A stretch of DNA of 63,970 nucleotides, filler included, from Dimargaris cristalligena (taxonomy: Eukaryota): assembly GCA_003614675.1 (NCBI GenBank). It is 6 parts of 6 records of this genome, joined end to end, with 100 filler letters (N's around TTAATTAATTAA, not from the genome) between each part and the next. Parts side by side here need not be neighbours in the genome. Positions count along the whole stretch, not along the records: positions 54,862 to 63,970 come from ML003285.1; 5 more parts are not named here. The stretch is one strand, 5' to 3'. This document shows, in pieces, positions 58,824 to 63,970 of the stretch; positions within the stretch are counted from its first letter, which is position 1; every line of letters begins with the position of its first letter. The position numbers and the translations under genes were made by a program. A model generated the notes under the pieces. That model saw nothing but the letters and a program-made list of their open reading frames with translations, was not told the DNA's origin and did not search any database.

Positions 58824-60288
58824 TTTATTACATAATATAAGCGACTTTCCGGATCTACAGAAAGGCTGTAACTAATTGGATCGCCGGTAGAGATTGGTCG
58901 TTTCCTTTTAAAAATAAAACCACATTTGGAATCAAAATACATTCAATTATTGCTTGGCAATAAATAATATTGTTCGAAGATACAATTGCCGTGGAATGAT
59001 TGGATTTATAGGTGGCCTGGGCTAGGTGCCCCCGGGTTTATTGATTCCATGGCTCGAGAGTCTGGGCCTGTAAAGACACCTGTCGGACTTTATAATTTAG
59101 GGTATTGGAGCCGAATCACCTTTGGGTACTAGGTAATATCCTCGCCTAGCCTCATACTTGAAGTACAGACATTCCACCACCTGAATGACCACCTTCCTTC
59201 AGCTATAGCTTGCTCGGCTATATATAATTACAACTAAATCTCATAGTTTTCTTGCAGTTAATTAACGAGTATGTGATGCCCCCCTTTCACTAACTAACTC
59301 ATCATCTTGATATATGCCTTTTTTTATTATCTATAGAGCGCCCTTTGCAACATTATTATGAGTCTACTTTCAATGACCTGTCCTAGACACAGGCATTCTA
59401 ATGGTTACTAGTATTATTTCCCGAGACCACTACCATCCATGAAGTGCCACCCACAACCTTATTTTGGGCTTCCCCTTAACATTCTCTTCCTAACCGCAGG
59501 AATTCTAGCCTTTACAAGCTTTCTATCCTACGACAGCACCCCTGGTGATCACCTATTGCCCATTTAATTATACCACACTATGTTCACGTGCAATTGGTCG
59601 CCACTCCCTCCCATAAAAATATACGATAGGTATAGAAGCCCAGAAATATATTAACCGAATATTTAAAGTCATGTGAGCACTACACCAGTGTCCCTGGGCA
59701 AAATGAGCCAGTCCCAAGCTTAACATCCTCTTCCCGCGTCACTCAAATCGGGACTGCCGGGATTGGATTCTGGGTCTAAAGGATACATATAACCCACTGC
59801 AGTAGTCTTAGTACTGTAGCACCGACGCCAACCAGACAATGTGTGCAGCCGGACATCCAACCAGGCCGCTGATGGTATCCACTCCGCTTATATCCCCGAC
59901 ACACCCTGAAGACTCTACAAGTGTACTGACGGGCCCATCCAGACCGCATGAATAGTACGAACCATCTAGGGAGCACCGTCCAAGGCTATATGCGCATAAC
60001 TGGCTCTTGAATTATCCCAGTATAAAAGGAACAATCGGCTAATCCAGAGACGGGTCCTCAGATGACTATTGCTCCTATACGCTTACCTCTATTTCCTACA
60101 ATCGCTATATTAATCTTCATACCCTACTAGGGCCGCTAATAATAAAACTAGCTTTCCAAATACTTCTACACTCGCTCAATCTCGTTCTTAGTAGTAGCAT
60201 GTATCCGCCAGATATCAACACTGTGCGACATTGTATAGCGAGCTTTACAATCAAGTAGTGATATACCTGATGCTTAACTCGATGTGTT

Positions 60289-60612
60289 TTAAACTAATGT
60301 CTTCCTACACGTTTTCTTGTGTAGGTCGCGGTTTTCGGTATTGGGAAACCAATTGCGACACCACCAGCACCGCAAGAAGTGCAGTGCCTGCATGTGGTTC
60401 TGTACAGTAGGCTGGTGGTGGAAAACACTGGGGCAGCCCGCATATGGGCAGGCGACCAATGTTGTTTGAATGGCTGGGTGCATTTGTTAACCCATTTGTC
60501 ATACAGCGTTTTGTGGAGCTTGGATTGAAACGAAGCTCAGTTCCTCTGAATTCGAGGGTTTTATTTTCCGGTGGTGATTCTTTAGCCACAGTCGGCAAGC
60601 TTGTAGCCCCAT
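60289..60612 (-). pseudogene. Small zinc-finger gene (C2H2 plus C2HC) with two in-frame stops, or a short 64-aa CDS
   Basis: CPYAGCPSVF...NHMQALH and CWWCRNWF...HKKTC. An upstream ATG at 60612, preceded by a TATA box (about 60765) and CT-rich leader, is in the same frame but interrupted by TGA and TAA. Confidence 0.55.
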
Positions 60613-63091
60613 GTTGCGTATATATATATTGGGGCTAGACGGGAGGAGGATAGGGAGATTTGGCTTGCGAATAGGAGGGAAGGGAGGGCGAGGCGAGGTA
60701 GAGGAATGGCGACTCGGTGTGAGGAATGCGAAGTAGGGTTGGCCTATGGAGATGGTGCTGGTTTATATATGCACCTGTTCATGTACGTGACTGTTATGGA
60801 AACTAGGACTTAGTGGTATTTCACGAGAACAGTACAAAGAGCTGACCAGATTCTGCAATTTCCTTAGCATAGACAATAATAGGCATCTTAATGGAATTTC
60901 AGTGAGGGTACTCTACAAGTCTACAAGCCATGTCATTGTTAAAGAATGAAGCATGTCCGGTGTAGTCTATACAACAATGGATCCTGTATGTAGACCAAGG
61001 GTTGTTACAAAGAACGTTAGTTCAAGTTCTTTTGCAAATGGAGGGGATTTTAGCTCTCGGCCGAGACCAGTAATTCAAATAGCCCTCAGATACCAGTCCT
61101 TAGTGGCTAGGCCCAAACAGTCAGTACCTGTTTTTGAAGCAAGTTGTCATTAGCTTAACAGGGGCTGCACCTTGGGGGTGAACCTGGCTACTACTGCCTT
61201 GGTCCAGAGAGGAGGCCCTTTGTACTTCCTCCCATACTTCTGAGTCTACCAGGGTGCAGGGGCTGCTCAGACTGGAGAGGTGGCAAAGCGACCCTGAAGC
61301 AAACAGCAGAGAAGTCGAGATATGGAGGTATATGGTGTGCATTTGGGTTTGGGGGAACAAACTGTCAGAACTTAGGCAATCGAGACGGCTATGGAAAATT
61401 AAACAGGACTGGGTGGAGTGGCTGAGGATAGCATGGGATTGCCTAAGAGATGCTAGGTCCGGGAAACCTGGGCATAATAAAGTGGAGACATGTATGATTA
61501 TGGCAGTGGTTAAATTGACTAAAGATGGGTGGGTGGAGGATGAAATGTCTTGAAATTAACAACATTACGGATGGTGAATTTCCTGAAAAAAATATGCCAA
61601 TAACATCGCAGGATGACTTTGGCATTTGCATATATATTTCTAAATATCTAAATATTAATATAATCAAATAGTGAGATCCCAATTTCCTGATATATACAGA
61701 GCAGCCTCTGTTCTTGTATCGACCCCATACATTTTTGTTGTGCACCCATATCAGATTGTTGCAAATCAGGGCATTATCCAGGTATTTGGACACTTATTTA
61801 ATACCCTTGTTCATTTTATCTGCACACATTACTTTGGAGGCGATAAACCTAAAATCACTTTCCCTTCCTAATATTTCCACCATTCGAACTCACTTAATGG
61901 AAGCACCGGTTTTAGTCCTACCCATTGCCTCATGTCCTATAGCCTATCCTACTGCGCCGTTACGCGCACTACAGACTTAAGAGTGTAGGAAAAATGAACT
62001 AAGTTGATCCTTACACAGCAACTGTCTTGTCCAGCACACTGCGCTTCCCAATCCCCCCTTTTTACACCCACTGATCGCTGACGATGAACGGGGCGGGAAT
62101 ACTTTTATGGAGGGCATCTCATTATATCCTTCCTTTGGATTGATGGCCTAAGTTCGGGTGGTGGCTCTGTGATTCCACTAGTCGTTACACATCCGAAACT
62201 ATTTCGCGGATTATCTTGGCTTCTAGACCATAACAAATCACACAGATCCATTAGCAGGGAAGCCATTTTATCATGCCCGACTCGTGCCTTTCCTCATACA
62301 TATAATAGATCAATGCAAATGATCTATTGGGGTTGTCCCCTCTCATCATATTAATTAGCACACCACAGTAGCTAAATTGACATCTGATGCCCTTTTAAAC
62401 TGCTTAATATTTACATGATAGCGATTAAGAACAGATTTTCTGCACCATCCATTGATTTATTTATTATAGGATCATTAAATCATAAGAGCCGAGAAGCCGG
62501 ACAAGTATCAGCACAGCCTAGTGACAATTGGAAGTGAGAGAATACACGTATTTTTCAATGATTAGCAACTGTCCCGAATCGTATAATAAGAGGGGGTTGT
62601 TAACCTACTTAAAATAAACTACTTGGTGAAGTAAAGGCTCAGGACTCCGGGCATGGAGGCATGCTGAATCATCGCTTGTTCCTATTCATCAGATTGGTGC
62701 CAGCGTTACATCCTCATTGCCATAACATTCAACAAGAAAAAAAAACAGCCGAATCAGATGAGTGAACCTACCTTATGGGGAAATGCTATAAATACGACAT
62801 GGTCACGTGGAAATATACTAGTAATAATAGAAAAACAGGAATAGAGAAGAATGTCAGATCCAAAGTGTCGCAGAGACTACGGCTTTATATAAAGGGGAAC
62901 CATGCTCTAATTGCGGGGCGATATTTTCCCTTCAGTCGGTTAACTTGGTCCTTGGAGAGTAAAAAAAAACTCTGCAAAAACCAGTGGGTTGACAAGCTTT
63001 CTCCATTTTTTTATCACTAACAGAATAAATAAAATTAGAAGGATGTGGATCTATTGGAGGAGACAGCAGCGCCTGAATAAAGGGGGAAGGG

Positions 63092-63231
63092 GTGGGTGAA
63101 ATTCACACTAGCTGTATAAAGCCTTACACAATACGTGTATGGGAGAATATGTGGGAAAAATATTTTAATCAGTAATTTTGGCCCCATCTAATGGATTTAT
63201 CGTTATACAGCCTGGATGAACTTCTCCAATA
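63092..63231 (-). mobile_element. MITE copy
   Basis: gtgggtgaaattcacactagctgtataaa...catctaatggatttatcgttatacagcctggatgaacttctccaata. Confidence 0.8.
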
Positions 63232-63691
63232 CGGATAAATACGGGAAAATCTATTATGGGAGTTCGGGATGGATTGCTGTATTGGTAAAGGGCCACAAAA
63301 AGGGGAATGGTCAGAGCAATTTAGTAAAAAAAATAGAAAATGTAAAATATACTGCCAAAATGCCTGAATAAAATGGCATTGATCGATTACAATATCAATA
63401 CTTGAGGGAATAGACGTCCCTATGAATCAGTAAGGTTGATCTGGGTGTGGCATCTGGCACTGGGTGATGATTTCTATGGGATTCGGTAAACCAAGGACAT
63501 AGTAAAACCGTCAATCCAGTAAAAGTAGATTATTCGGAAACCTAGGTCGTAGAGGGCTGACTCAATATATTTGGATAATAGGTGCAGAGGCTTACAGGTA
63601 TTGGTCGTTGGGTGTGGAACTAGAAATAATTGGGCAAATTAAGCAATAGTTCAGGGTTCGCCCAACTACTAAGTTTGAACCAAATAATTAG

Positions 63692-63970
63692 TTACTCTAG
63701 AATTCGGGACACCTCCAAAATACACTTTTTCCATTGCAGGGTAAAACTACCTATGGTATCCGTTCGGAACTGTCTCGAGTTGAAATTAGTAATGAGCTCC
63801 AGTCCTCCTATCGTGTTCCAAGCCCCGAAATCGAGTAAATACGGGTATTTGTTTTGACTCTTCGCTGTGCGTAAGTCGTTGAGCATCGCTGGTCGTTCCA
63901 TCAGTACACTATTGCTGTCGGGATAATCACGGACGGCAAAATCATCTAAATACGTGAAGCCGAATTGCGG
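63692..63970 (-). CDS. Fragment of an unidentified protein entering from the window edge
   Basis: Frame open from the window end (PQFGFTYLDDFAVRDYPDSNSVLMERP...). A further spliced exon at about 63620-63475 is possible. No family recognised. Confidence 0.35.
   Translation of the reverse strand, partial: PQFGFTYLDDFAVRDYPDSNSVLMERPAMLNDLRTAKSQNKYPYLLDFGAWNTIGGLELITNFNSRQFRTDTIGSFTLQWKKCILEVSRILE

Noticed and set aside
63930-63960. YLDD as a reverse-transcriptase catalytic motif
   Set aside because: The flanking residues do not resemble RT; probably coincidental.
1-63970. tRNA, rRNA, snRNA genes, telomeric repeats, CRISPR arrays
   Set aside because: None recognised by eye; a covariance-model scan would be needed to exclude small RNAs.

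Overview
Eukaryotic (fungal) DNA, not a contiguous locus. The window is six contigs (four complete at about 10.9 kb, the first at least 10887 bp, the last cut by the window edge) joined by identical 100-nt spacers (N44-TTAATTAATTAA-N44), so adjacency across spacers means nothing. Intron-containing genes, a fungal LYS2 and many orphan secreted proteins suggest an early-diverging fungus, possibly Dimargaritales/Kickxellomycotina; that assignment is inference only. Recognisable genes: AAR2, an intronless 1444-aa ankyrin protein, a truncated mitochondrial PPR protein, LYS2 with two upstream TGAGTCA (Gcn4/CpcA-type) sites, a ZC3H3/Red5-like CCCH protein, a PY-motif membrane protein, TEL2 and a Cys/His-rich NmrA-like protein. 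Accessory content: eight full or partial copies of a ~560-590 bp TG...CA LTR, eight copies or half-copies of a ~140 bp MITE with 29-bp imperfect TIRs, a repeated leader plus gag-like segment, and several orphan signal-peptide genes. The most interesting signal is RIP-like hypermutation: some LTR copies have lost all CpG and show CpA/TpG-to-TpA changes, and several nearby orphan genes carry in-frame stops that single C-to-T or G-to-A transitions would explain. All alignments and splice models were made by eye.
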